From positions 126,317 through 190,316 of the forward strand of contig CAVYTV010000002.1 of the NCBI GenBank assembly GCA_963771575.1: a stretch of 64,000 bases of DNA. The letters run 5' to 3'. Every line of letters begins with the position of its first letter. Within the stretch, counting starts at the first letter, position 1. Positions 18,425 through 26,372 of this stretch are shown here, piece by piece. The position numbers and the translations under genes were made by a program. The notes below the pieces were generated by a model. That model was not told the DNA's origin, did not search any database, and saw nothing but the letters and a program-made list of their open reading frames with translations. The stretch is from an uncultured Armatimonadetes bacterium (GTDB lineage Bacteria > Armatimonadota > Armatimonadia > Armatimonadales > Capsulimonadaceae).

Positions 18425-19306
18425 TCACAGGCGCGGGTCCACCAGGACTTTGAGCGCTTTGGGGGCAATCGTCACGGTCAGCGGCGTCATCCCGACGATC
18501 TGGTCGTCGGCATGGGCGTTTTGATGCTTCTGCGCCTCAATCCGCACCTCGCGCCCGCGCAAGACGGTCACTTTCGGCAGGCCCAGGTGCATCTGGGCGC
18601 GCAGAGCGCGCAGGTAGGGCAGAATTTCGCTTCGCTGGAGGTCGCTCAGCAGCACGACATCCAGCAAGCCGTCGGCGATGTCCGCTTCGGGCGCAATCGG
18701 CACGGCCTGCGCGATCCGATACGTGTTGGCGACCTCGCAGAGCGTGACCCGGCTCGGATGCGGCGTCCCGTCCACGATCACCTGCATCTCATGCGCCCGG
18801 AACGACAGACCAATCCGGGCCGTAGCGTATAACCCGCGCAGAAAGTTCTTGTTGCTGCCCTGCCCGTAGAGGGCCAGCGCGTCCGCGAAGAGGCCGACGC
18901 CTGCCGATTCAGTGAAATAGCGGTCCCCCACTTTGCCCAGGTCCACTTCCTGAACGACGCCGTCGCGCAGCATGCGGAGCGCGGCAGGCAGGTTGTGCGG
19001 AATCCGCAGGGCGCTGGCAAAGTTATTGAACGTGCCTTGCGACAGGATGCCCAGCGCGGTACCCGTGTGCGCCAGCGTCTGCACCGCCCGCCCCACCGTG
19101 CCGTCGCCCCCGGCCACCGCGACCCGTTCCGCGCCTTCGGACACCAGCTTTTGGAGCGCCTTTGTCATGTCGTCGGGCGACTCCGTATGGATGACCTCAA
19201 TGGCAAGGCCCGCTTCCCCGGCCATTCGCTGCAACTGCTGCTGGCCCGACTGCGCGTGCATCGCTCCGGCGCGGGTGTTCATCAAAATCGGGCAGGGTCC
19301 GCTCAT
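18425..19306 (-). CDS. Diacylglycerol/lipid kinase family protein (YegS/DagK-like)
   Basis: ILMNTRAG..VAVAGGDGTVGRAV..LGILSQGTFNNFA..DLGKVGDRYFTESAGVGL. Confidence 0.8.
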   Translation of the reverse strand: MSGPCPILMNTRAGAMHAQSGQQQLQRMAGEAGLAIEVIHTESPDDMTKALQKLVSEGAERVAVAGGDGTVGRAVQTLAHTGTALGILSQGTFNNFASALRIPHNLPAALRMLRDGVVQEVDLGKVGDRYFTESAGVGLFADALALYGQGSNKNFLRGLYATARIGLSFRAHEMQVIVDGTPHPSRVTLCEVANTYRIAQAVPIAPEADIADGLLDVVLLSDLQRSEILPYLRALRAQMHLGLPKVTVLRGREVRIEAQKHQNAHADDQIVGMTPLTVTIAPKALKVLVDPRL

Positions 19307-19319
19307 TCTTGATTTCCAC

Positions 19320-19966
19320 TCACTTTCGGCTCCATTTGGCGGGCAGGGCCAGACAGCCCCAGAGCCAGGGCCAGCCGGCGGCAAAACCCGCCGCGACATC
19401 CGAGGCGTAGTGGACTCCCAGGTAGACCCGGCTGAATCCAATCAACCCGATCAAGCCAACGGCCCCGATCCAGATCCCCACGCGGCGCTGCCGGGACCCC
19501 GGCGCGTCAGCCAGTACGCCAGCAGCCCGTAGATCGTCACGGCGGCGAAGGCATGGCCGGACGGGAACGAATCCCCCAAAGACGCAAACACCGCTTCAGG
19601 ACGCGCCCGGTGAAACAGCGCCTTCAGCCCGTACACCACGCCCTGTCCCCCCGCCGCGGCCAGCAGAAAATTGACGGCACCGAGCCGGGCGGGCGGCCTG
19701 CGCCAGCCTGCCAGAAGGCTCAGGGCCGACAGCCCGGTAATGACCCATCCGCAGGCCAGCAGTGAAATCCCGGCCATCAGCGCATGCAGCGGGGGCGACT
19801 GACGGGCCTGGAAGTAGTAAAACACGGCGGCGTCAAGCCGCATCGTCTCGCCGGCATGGACTTCATGCGCCAAATAAATAAAAGCCGCCAGCGCCGCTGC
19901 AACTCCCATCAGAGCCAGTGTCAGACGCTCCAGAAGGAAGGCAATCACCGGGCGAAACGCGCTCAT
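19320..19966 (-). CDS. PAP2-family phosphatase; apparent frameshift near 19500 (G-run)
   Basis: KALFHRARP, SFPSGHA, then in the next frame SRVYLGVHYASDV (PAP2 motifs C1-C3). Multiple TM segments. Confidence 0.75.
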
Positions 19967-20092
19967 GCTTTTCTCCCTCCGGCTTTCCTCCGATGTTCCC
20001 CGCTTGCCGGGGACTGAAACCGGAAACCTCCGGGCGCAAAAACCCGTAGAGTCTTTGGCCCGCCACTGAGGGCGCGGCTTGAGGAACCACCT

Positions 20093-20540
20093 TTGCAATA
20101 TCTGCTCATCGCCCTGCTCGCGCTGTCCGGGATGGGACTGCCGGCGCAGGATGCCCTGAACGCCCAGCTTCGCGCGGCAATTAAATCCCCGATGCTGGGC
20201 GCATTGATCTCCTTTGTCGTTGGGGCCGTCGCGCTGGGCATCCTGACCGCGTTTGGCGTGCTGGGGCAGGGAAAACCGTCTGAACTCGCGCGGACACACT
20301 GGTGGGTCTGGCTGGGCGGTGGCTTGCTGGGCGCCTTCGCCGTCACCATCGGCCTGATCGGCATTCCCAGAAGTCAGCGCCGGGATCGTCATCGCCGCCA
20401 CCGTCTTCGGGCAGCTCATCGCCGCCGTCATCATCGATCACTTCGGCTGGCTGGGCGTCCCGCGCGTCCCGCTCAACCCCTGGCGCATCGCGGGCGCCGT
20501 CGGCCTGTTCGTCAGCGTCCTGCTGATGCAGAAAAAGTGA
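20093..20540 (+). CDS. DMT-superfamily membrane protein (YdcZ/DUF606-like); apparent frameshift near 20365
   Basis: NAQLRAAIKSPMLGALISFVVGAVALG..WWVWLGGLLGAF, then in the next frame SAGIVIAATVFGQLIAAVIIDHFGWLGVPR. A paralog lies at 46415-46865. Confidence 0.65.
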
Positions 20541-20603
20541 TTTTTTGAGAAAATCCGCGTATACAGGAAGAAATCAGCGCGAATGCCCAAAGCGTCCTGC
20601 AAT

Positions 20604-20672
20604 GAGAGCCTCGTGCTGAAGCCCGGCATGGTTTTCACCGTGGAAGAAGACATCAATGTACAAAGTTCATAG
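20604..20672 (+). pseudogene. Short remnant of an M24 (Xaa-Pro/methionine aminopeptidase-type) gene
   Basis: ESLVLKPGMVFTVEEDIN resembles the conserved ..L.pGMvfTiEPG.. block. No upstream coding sequence. Confidence 0.4.
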
Positions 20673-20705
20673 TCTGCCTGTGACAAATGTCACAGGCAGA
20701 CTATG
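20668..20705. repeat. Perfect 38-bp palindrome (18-nt arms, 2-nt centre)
   Basis: catagtctgcctgtgaca-aa-tgtcacaggcagactatg. The arms contain the TGTCACAGG box that is also seen at 12149 and 12161. Confidence 0.9.
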
Positions 20706-20776
20706 AAATAGCAATCATACTCATCACCAGAGTTGGGTGTACTGTTCGCCACTGGTGGTATTTGGAGGAGTTTTCA

Positions 20777-21946
20777 CTAGCCCGATTGTGTCTCGACCAC
20801 GTTGCCTAGATCATCAATCATCACGCGCGGCGTCGGTCGCATCGGGACGTTCAAGTGGTATCGCCTCCCCTTCAGTTCCCCCGTGGCGGTCAATGCTCCC
20901 TTTTCTACTAAGACGCCCAAATCGCGCGTGGCAGTCGCCGATGTCGCCCCCGTGATCGAGATATATTTGCTGGCGCTGAGACCGCCGCTGAAACCACCTG
21001 GGCCTTCGCGAAACATGCGAAGCAGAGCCTTATCTTGCCGAGCATTGAACGTACCGCGATGTTTATCGAAAAACCTGGCCTTGTCGAGTAAGAACTTTAC
21101 CTGCGCCAGTGTTCGGTGCTGGGACTCCAGCGTGATCCCTGCAAACCACAGGAGCCAGGCACTCACCTCGTTCGACTTGTTGGCGGCTTCGAGAGTTTCA
21201 TAGTAACTCTTTCGGCGGGTGAGGATGGCAGGCGACAGGGCGAGGAGCAGCGGTTGTCCGATGCTTTGCAGAAGTGCTTTTTCCGCCACTGCCCGCGCCA
21301 CACGGCCATTCCCGTCCTCGAAGGGATGGATACTCACGAAATACAGGTGGGCGAGTCCCGCTCGTGTCAATGGGGGAAGGGTTTTTTCTGCCTCGTTGAA
21401 CCAGTCCAGGAACCTTGCCATTTCAGATGGGACCCGAATCGATGGCGGCGCTTCGAAATGAACCGTAGGCCGATCGTGCCATCCAGATACCACCTGCATT
21501 GGTTCGGAATGTGTGCGGTAACGTCCAATGTCCGTCAGGTCCCGCCGACCGTTCGTGATCATTTCATGCCAGGCGAACAGCGTTGCCTCTGTCAAAGGCG
21601 TAGCGAAATTCTGATAGGCGTTTACGGTCATCTCGGCGATCCCTTGTTCTCCTGGTCGGACGCGCCGATAGTCGGAGACGAGGCCAAGCTGCCGCTTAAT
21701 CGAGGATTGGACGCTGAGGCGGTCGAGGGTCTCGCCCTCGATCTCGGACGTGGTGAGCGCTCCCTCACTCATCAGCTCGACGGTGATGTTTTCTCGCTCC
21801 TTGGCCCCCAACTGTTCAACGGACGAGAGCATGAGTCCGCCGCCGACGAGGAATCGCCGTTCTGCTTGCAAGAAGCGTGAGGCCTCCCATCTAAAGTTGG
21901 GCCAGTCCTGTTTTTGCCAATTCCACATGATGGATAAAATCCTCAT
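20777..21946 (-). CDS. Fic-family protein (DUF4172 N-terminus, Fic core, C-terminal winged-helix-like)
   Basis: Fic motif HPFEDGNGRVARAV. N-terminus MWNWQKQDWPNFRW is typical of DUF4172. Confidence 0.9.
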   Translation of the reverse strand: MRILSIMWNWQKQDWPNFRWEASRFLQAERRFLVGGGLMLSSVEQLGAKERENITVELMSEGALTTSEIEGETLDRLSVQSSIKRQLGLVSDYRRVRPGEQGIAEMTVNAYQNFATPLTEATLFAWHEMITNGRRDLTDIGRYRTHSEPMQVVSGWHDRPTVHFEAPPSIRVPSEMARFLDWFNEAEKTLPPLTRAGLAHLYFVSIHPFEDGNGRVARAVAEKALLQSIGQPLLLALSPAILTRRKSYYETLEAANKSNEVSAWLLWFAGITLESQHRTLAQVKFLLDKARFFDKHRGTFNARQDKALLRMFREGPGGFSGGLSASKYISITGATSATATRDLGVLVEKGALTATGELKGRRYHLNVPMRPTPRVMIDDLGNVVETQSG

Positions 21947-21974
21947 TTATCAATCATATTATATCATCTTCTGA

Positions 21975-22204
21975 TTAATAACTGATGTTACGCACCGTTC
22001 TCCGACAATGGGCTAAAGCCCTTCGCTGGGTGGCCTGCGGCCTAGTCTCACCCTAATAAAGCCTCCGCCTGCGCGGAGAAAGAAACGGCCTTCTCTTCTG
22101 CCCTTACCCTCGGTCAGTGGGCGTCTGCGCCACACCCCCCAATAAAACCTTAGCGAAGGAGGTCACTCCATCGTGCAGAAGCCTTGCGTAACATCAGTTA
22201 ATAA
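21975..22204. mobile_element. MITE-like element or long stem-loop with 16-bp perfect terminal inverted repeats
   Basis: taactgatgttacgca (21979-21994) and tgcgtaacatcagtta (22185-22200), with AT-rich flanks and a non-coding GC-rich interior. Confidence 0.45.
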
Positions 22205-22498
22205 ACAAGGTTTTCTCAATCGTTGAGGCTCATATCTTCAAAATGCCCGTATACTTGAAAAAGTAAGACGGTAGCGGCTTCATACGCCTGAGCTTCCAGT
22301 TGCTGACTAGAAGGAAAGAGAGTGCTTGCCATAGTAGGTTTGTTCTGCCAGAAGAAACAATCAAAGCAAAAAGGGTATTCAGTGAATAGTTCAATCTCCC
22401 AACAAGGAAAACTAGAGTGAATCAAGATAAGAAACTGATCGTTACGATTGCACACGACTACTTATGCGGTTGGTCGCGTCCCTCTGCCAGTGACAGAG

Positions 22499-22625
22499 CC
22501 GGGCATTCAAATACCCGTCTGGGAGGGTTCGCCGAACGTCCTGCGGACGAAAGAGTAAGACAAGTCAGCCCTGCCTCTTCCGTCCGCAGGACGGTTTGCC
22601 TCTCAGACGGGTATTGAATGCCCGG
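22499..22625. repeat. Nested-palindrome element, family GTCCTGCGGAC (copy 1)
   Basis: Outer arms ccgggcattcaaatacccgtctg / cagacgggtattgaatgcccgg. Inner arms cgtcctgcggacg / cgtccgcaggacg. Confidence 0.75.
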
Positions 22626-22808
22626 ATTTCATTGCTTGACTTAAGAAACGCAACTTGGGTGACACATATTATGGCTTACGATGGGGCTTTGTGCTGACGC
22701 TATTGCGATGAACTAATGCATGATGAAGCGCTTTTTGCGATTTTCTGTTATAATTCCAATACGCTGGAAGTATGGAGGCGTTGAAAGAAACACAGACACA
22801 GGAGAGAC

Positions 22809-24674
22809 ATGATGACCGTTGATACCACTCGTTTGTCCTCAGAACGCTTGTCCTCAGAAGTAGCGCATGTGCTGTTTTTGGACATCGCCGGGTACTCGCG
22901 CGGCTCGATGGAAGAGCAGGCCCGCTTGACCCACGATCTGCGTCAGGTCGTGCGCGCGACGCCCGAATATGCGCGGGCGGCGGAGCAGCGCGAGTTGATC
23001 GGGCTGGATACCGGCGACGGCATGGCGCTGGTCTTTTTTCGCGATCCGCTGGCTCCTGTTCAGTGCGCCACCGAAGTCGCCCGCGCCTTGAACGACCACT
23101 CCGGCTTACAGGTTCGCATGGGCATCCATTGCGGGCCGGTCTCGCGCGTTCCTGATCTTAACGAGAAAGAGAATGTGACCGGCAGCGGCATCAACATGGC
23201 CCAGCGCGTGATGGACTGCGGCGATCCCGGACATATCCTGGTGTCGGCCTCCAGCGCTGAATTTGTCCGTGACTTTGAGGCCTGGTCTGCCGCTTTGTAT
23301 GACCTGGGTGAGTTTGAGATCAAGCACGGGGCGCATCTGCACCTGTACAATCTAGTCGTGGGGGCTGTCGGGAACCCGACACCGCCGTCGCGCCTGGAAC
23401 ACTTTCCCGCTTCCCCGGAAGCGCCGTCCAGGCGACTGCCGGGAAACGGCGCTGCGTTTCAGACGGCTGCCGCAAAACGCTTCTCGTTAAAACGCTTCTC
23501 TTTTTCGGCACAACTCAAATGGCTGTTGCCGGTTCTCGTGGGACTGTTTGCGGCGGTCGCAATTTTAACCACGTATATCTTCCAACACACCTCGCGCCAA
23601 GTGAGAGACACAGGCCGCCCGGCGGCGACCGTCCCCACCGTGACCAGTCCCAGCAGCCTCGTGACGAGCAGCGCCGTCGCTCCCGCCTCACTCCCGACCG
23701 GGAGGGTCACTCCGGGCATTGCGGAAACCGTGAAGCCTCGCGAGACGGCTCCTGTCATCGCGGCGGTTCCTCCCGCGTCCATGCCCCTCGCGCCGGTTCG
23801 TATGACGCCGCCCGTTGTTGTCGCTCCTCCCGCTATTGTCATGCCCCGCACCAACGTCGTGCGTCCCGTGGTGATTGTCCGGCCTGCCTCGCCTCCGGTG
23901 AGTTTGGTGCATCCAGTTGCCGCCCGAACCACGCTCACCTCCGAACAGCGCCATAAGGCCACGGCAGACCTGACCGCCCTCTGGACAGACGCCGATGGAA
24001 GGTTTAACCCGGACAAGGTGAAAACCATGACCGTGACGGCGGTCCAGCAGGCAATTGACGCCGGCGCGGACGTGAATGTGAAACAGGACGGCTGGACCGC
24101 GCTGACCATCGCCGCCGAATGGGGATACGCCGACGTCGCGCGTCTGCTGCTGGACAGGGGAGCCGACCCCAATGAAAGACGCGCGGTTGGCTGGTTCCCG
24201 CTTCTGGGCGCGGCCTGGCAGAATCACGCCGAGGTGGCGCGTCTGCTGCTGGACCACGGGGCGAATGTCAATTTAATCAGCGAGGATGGCTGGACCGCGC
24301 TGCTGGCGGCGTCTCGCAACGGCTGCAATGATGTGGCGCGTCTGCTGCTGGACAGAAAAGTGAATGTGAATGCCGCCACCGGGGATGGAAACACCGCCCT
24401 GCTCCTGGCCTCTGCCGGCGGCAACGCCAATGTGGAACTGGTGCAGATGCTGCTGGACAAAGGGGCGGATGTCAACGCCCGCGATAAGGGCGGCAAAACC
24501 GCGCTGGAAGATGCCGCTTCGGGGGGGCACAGCGCCGTGGTCGGCCTGCTTCTGGCCAAAGGTGCGGATGCCGGTGTCAAAGACGATGACGATGTGACCC
24601 CGCTTCAGAGAGCGCTCAGCGGGAAACATGACAATGTTGTTGTCCTGCTGCGCGCGGCAGGCGCGAAAGAGTGA
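22809..24674 (+). CDS. Class III adenylate/guanylate cyclase domain, one TM segment, Pro/Val-rich linker, ankyrin repeats
   Basis: Cyclase: VLFLDIAGYS..GDGMALVFF..VRMGIHCGPV..GSGINMAQRV. TM: LLPVLVGLFAAVAILTTYIF. About six ankyrin repeats (GWTALTIAAEWGYADVARLLLDRGADPN..). Confidence 0.85.
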   Translation: MMTVDTTRLSSERLSSEVAHVLFLDIAGYSRGSMEEQARLTHDLRQVVRATPEYARAAEQRELIGLDTGDGMALVFFRDPLAPVQCATEVARALNDHSGLQVRMGIHCGPVSRVPDLNEKENVTGSGINMAQRVMDCGDPGHILVSASSAEFVRDFEAWSAALYDLGEFEIKHGAHLHLYNLVVGAVGNPTPPSRLEHFPASPEAPSRRLPGNGAAFQTAAAKRFSLKRFSFSAQLKWLLPVLVGLFAAVAILTTYIFQHTSRQVRDTGRPAATVPTVTSPSSLVTSSAVAPASLPTGRVTPGIAETVKPRETAPVIAAVPPASMPLAPVRMTPPVVVAPPAIVMPRTNVVRPVVIVRPASPPVSLVHPVAARTTLTSEQRHKATADLTALWTDADGRFNPDKVKTMTVTAVQQAIDAGADVNVKQDGWTALTIAAEWGYADVARLLLDRGADPNERRAVGWFPLLGAAWQNHAEVARLLLDHGANVNLISEDGWTALLAASRNGCNDVARLLLDRKVNVNAATGDGNTALLLASAGGNANVELVQMLLDKGADVNARDKGGKTALEDAASGGHSAVVGLLLAKGADAGVKDDDDVTPLQRALSGKHDNVVVLLRAAGAKE

Positions 24675-24676
24675 GC

Positions 24677-24857
24677 CGAAGAACCTAACCTCGGCGGAGA
24701 AGAACCTAACCCCGGCTCGTTCCTCGCCGCCCCTTCCCTGTTAGGGAAGGGTGAAGCGGGAGGGAGGCCGCTTGCCGCACCCTTCTTCTCTTGCTCCCCT
24801 CCCTTGACAGGGGAGGGGCCGGGGGAGAGGTTCTTCGGGCCGGGGGAGAGGTTCTTC
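24677..24857. repeat. Two REP-like elements (GAAGAACC head plus C-rich hairpin) arranged head to head
   Basis: gaagaacctaacc x2 + cccttccctgttagggaaggg on the + strand. cccctcccttgacaggggagggg + gggagaggttcttc x2 are mirrored. Confidence 0.75.
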
Positions 24858-26142
24858 ACTGCGGGTCACGGATCGCGCCCAGAAATAAGATTGTCCCCGT
24901 CGCGTCGTCCCGAATGGCGCAGAAAAACGGATGATCCACCCGCATCTGAATGGGAGGTGGTGCTGGTGTAGGTATAGACGCTGGCATCATTCCTGCGGTC
25001 ACAGCCGTTGCTATGGTTCCTTCCTCGTCCACATCCAGCGTTGCTTTATGCACTACCTCGCTGATATAACTGTTTCGCAAACCCATTGGCGAGAAGTCGG
25101 CAGTAGGATCAAAGGCCGGTGCCATGCCCATGTGAGAAAGCGAGTCGTTCAGGGTCTCTGAATAATCCGCATGGAAGCGCGGCAGGCGCAGGTCCAACTC
25201 TGTCGTGTGCATCTGCGGCAGCCACTTCTCGCATTGTGCCGCTGTAGTCGTTTTCAGAAAGGCTTCCAGGCCGGAGTGAGACTTTGGCAAGAAAATATAC
25301 ATCGCAAGGCGGCCCTTCCCATAAGGCAGGCGCACGGCTTGAAACGTGTCGGTTTGAAGGTACGAGTATCGGCCCTCATGGGACATCAGCGGCATGGTTT
25401 TCTGCGAACCGTCTGCGTGTGTGAATAGCCCGTTGCGCGTACTGGCCTTGTCAAAGGGCGTCGCCCATTTTCCGTGAAAGTAGACGGCATTCGTCAGCAC
25501 AGCGTTTGCGTTCGCGAGATCAGAGGGCGAGACAATCTGGCTGATTTTGCCCTGCGTGTTCTGGCTGACCCAGCCGTTGATCGTCGGCGCGGCATTGGCG
25601 CTGCCGAAGTTTAACGCTGTTGTGTCGGCGTCATAGAACTGCCGACAGCGGGCCTGAAACTTCGGGTTGAACGACTTCCCCTGCTGTATCCACAGCGCAT
25701 TGGCGACGGAGAGTTGGACCTGCGGATCGGGGTTTTCCAGAGACGGCAGCAGGAGGCCGTTGGCCTGGTTGACCTTGTCCAGTGGCAAACCCTTCAGGCC
25801 AAGCGTGGACGCGATGCCCTGCTGCGTCTGCCCGCCCGCGCCGTTCAGGGTCAAATCCAATGCCTGCGAGATGCTGAAGGGCGAAAAGAAGACGTTCTCG
25901 CGCGGTTTGGCCGGGGCCAGCAAGGCCAGCAGGCGAAAGCCAAAATCGGTATCGGCAGCGGCGATTTTTTGAACAAAGGGGTCTGCCTGAACAATGGCGA
26001 GATCGGGCGCAGGCCGGGGCGCGAACACGGGCGAGCCGATCCCGTTCAAGGCAGGATGGGAGCGGCTGTGAAGGGCCACTATGACCCCGGCGAGGCCCAG
26101 GGCGAGAATAATTCCGGCAAGCGGTTTGAGAGTGTGTTTCAC
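24856..26142 (-). CDS. Serpin-family protease inhibitor, secreted
   Basis: Signal peptide. FFSPFSISQALDLTLNGAGG, NAVYFHGKW, and a hinge/RCL region EEGTIATAVTAGMM..DHPFFCAIRD. Confidence 0.9.
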   Translation of the reverse strand: MKHTLKPLAGIILALGLAGVIVALHSRSHPALNGIGSPVFAPRPAPDLAIVQADPFVQKIAAADTDFGFRLLALLAPAKPRENVFFSPFSISQALDLTLNGAGGQTQQGIASTLGLKGLPLDKVNQANGLLLPSLENPDPQVQLSVANALWIQQGKSFNPKFQARCRQFYDADTTALNFGSANAAPTINGWVSQNTQGKISQIVSPSDLANANAVLTNAVYFHGKWATPFDKASTRNGLFTHADGSQKTMPLMSHEGRYSYLQTDTFQAVRLPYGKGRLAMYIFLPKSHSGLEAFLKTTTAAQCEKWLPQMHTTELDLRLPRFHADYSETLNDSLSHMGMAPAFDPTADFSPMGLRNSYISEVVHKATLDVDEEGTIATAVTAGMMPASIPTPAPPPIQMRVDHPFFCAIRDDATGTILFLGAIRDPQ

Positions 26143-26234
26143 GAAAACCTCCGTTGCGCGACTGCAACTGTGGCGTTAGACCCGTTGGCGCGGGTGAGGC
26201 TTCATTTGCCGAACTTGGGAGCAGGACGTAGAAA

Positions 26235-26349
26235 GCCGGGCCGATAAACGACCCGTCTGGAAAGTGCAGCCGTCCTGCGGACGGAAGATCGGGCGTTCTT
26301 ATGTCCGCAGGACGCTTGCTTTTGAAGACGGGTCGTTTATCGGCCCGGC
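26235..26349. repeat. Nested-palindrome element, family GTCCTGCGGAC (copy 2)
   Basis: Outer arms gccgggccgataaacgacccgtct / agacgggtcgtttatcggcccggc. Inner arms cgtcctgcggacgg / gtccgcaggacg. Confidence 0.75.
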
Positions 26350-26372
26350 ATGGATGGGCCTCATAGCCCGGC

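Noticed and set aside
22216-22455. 79-aa minus-strand ORF in the AT-rich stretch of the Fic islet
   Set aside because: There is no recognisable motif, no clear RBS and no conservation evidence available. It is kept only as a note that the AT-rich segment could hide a small gene.
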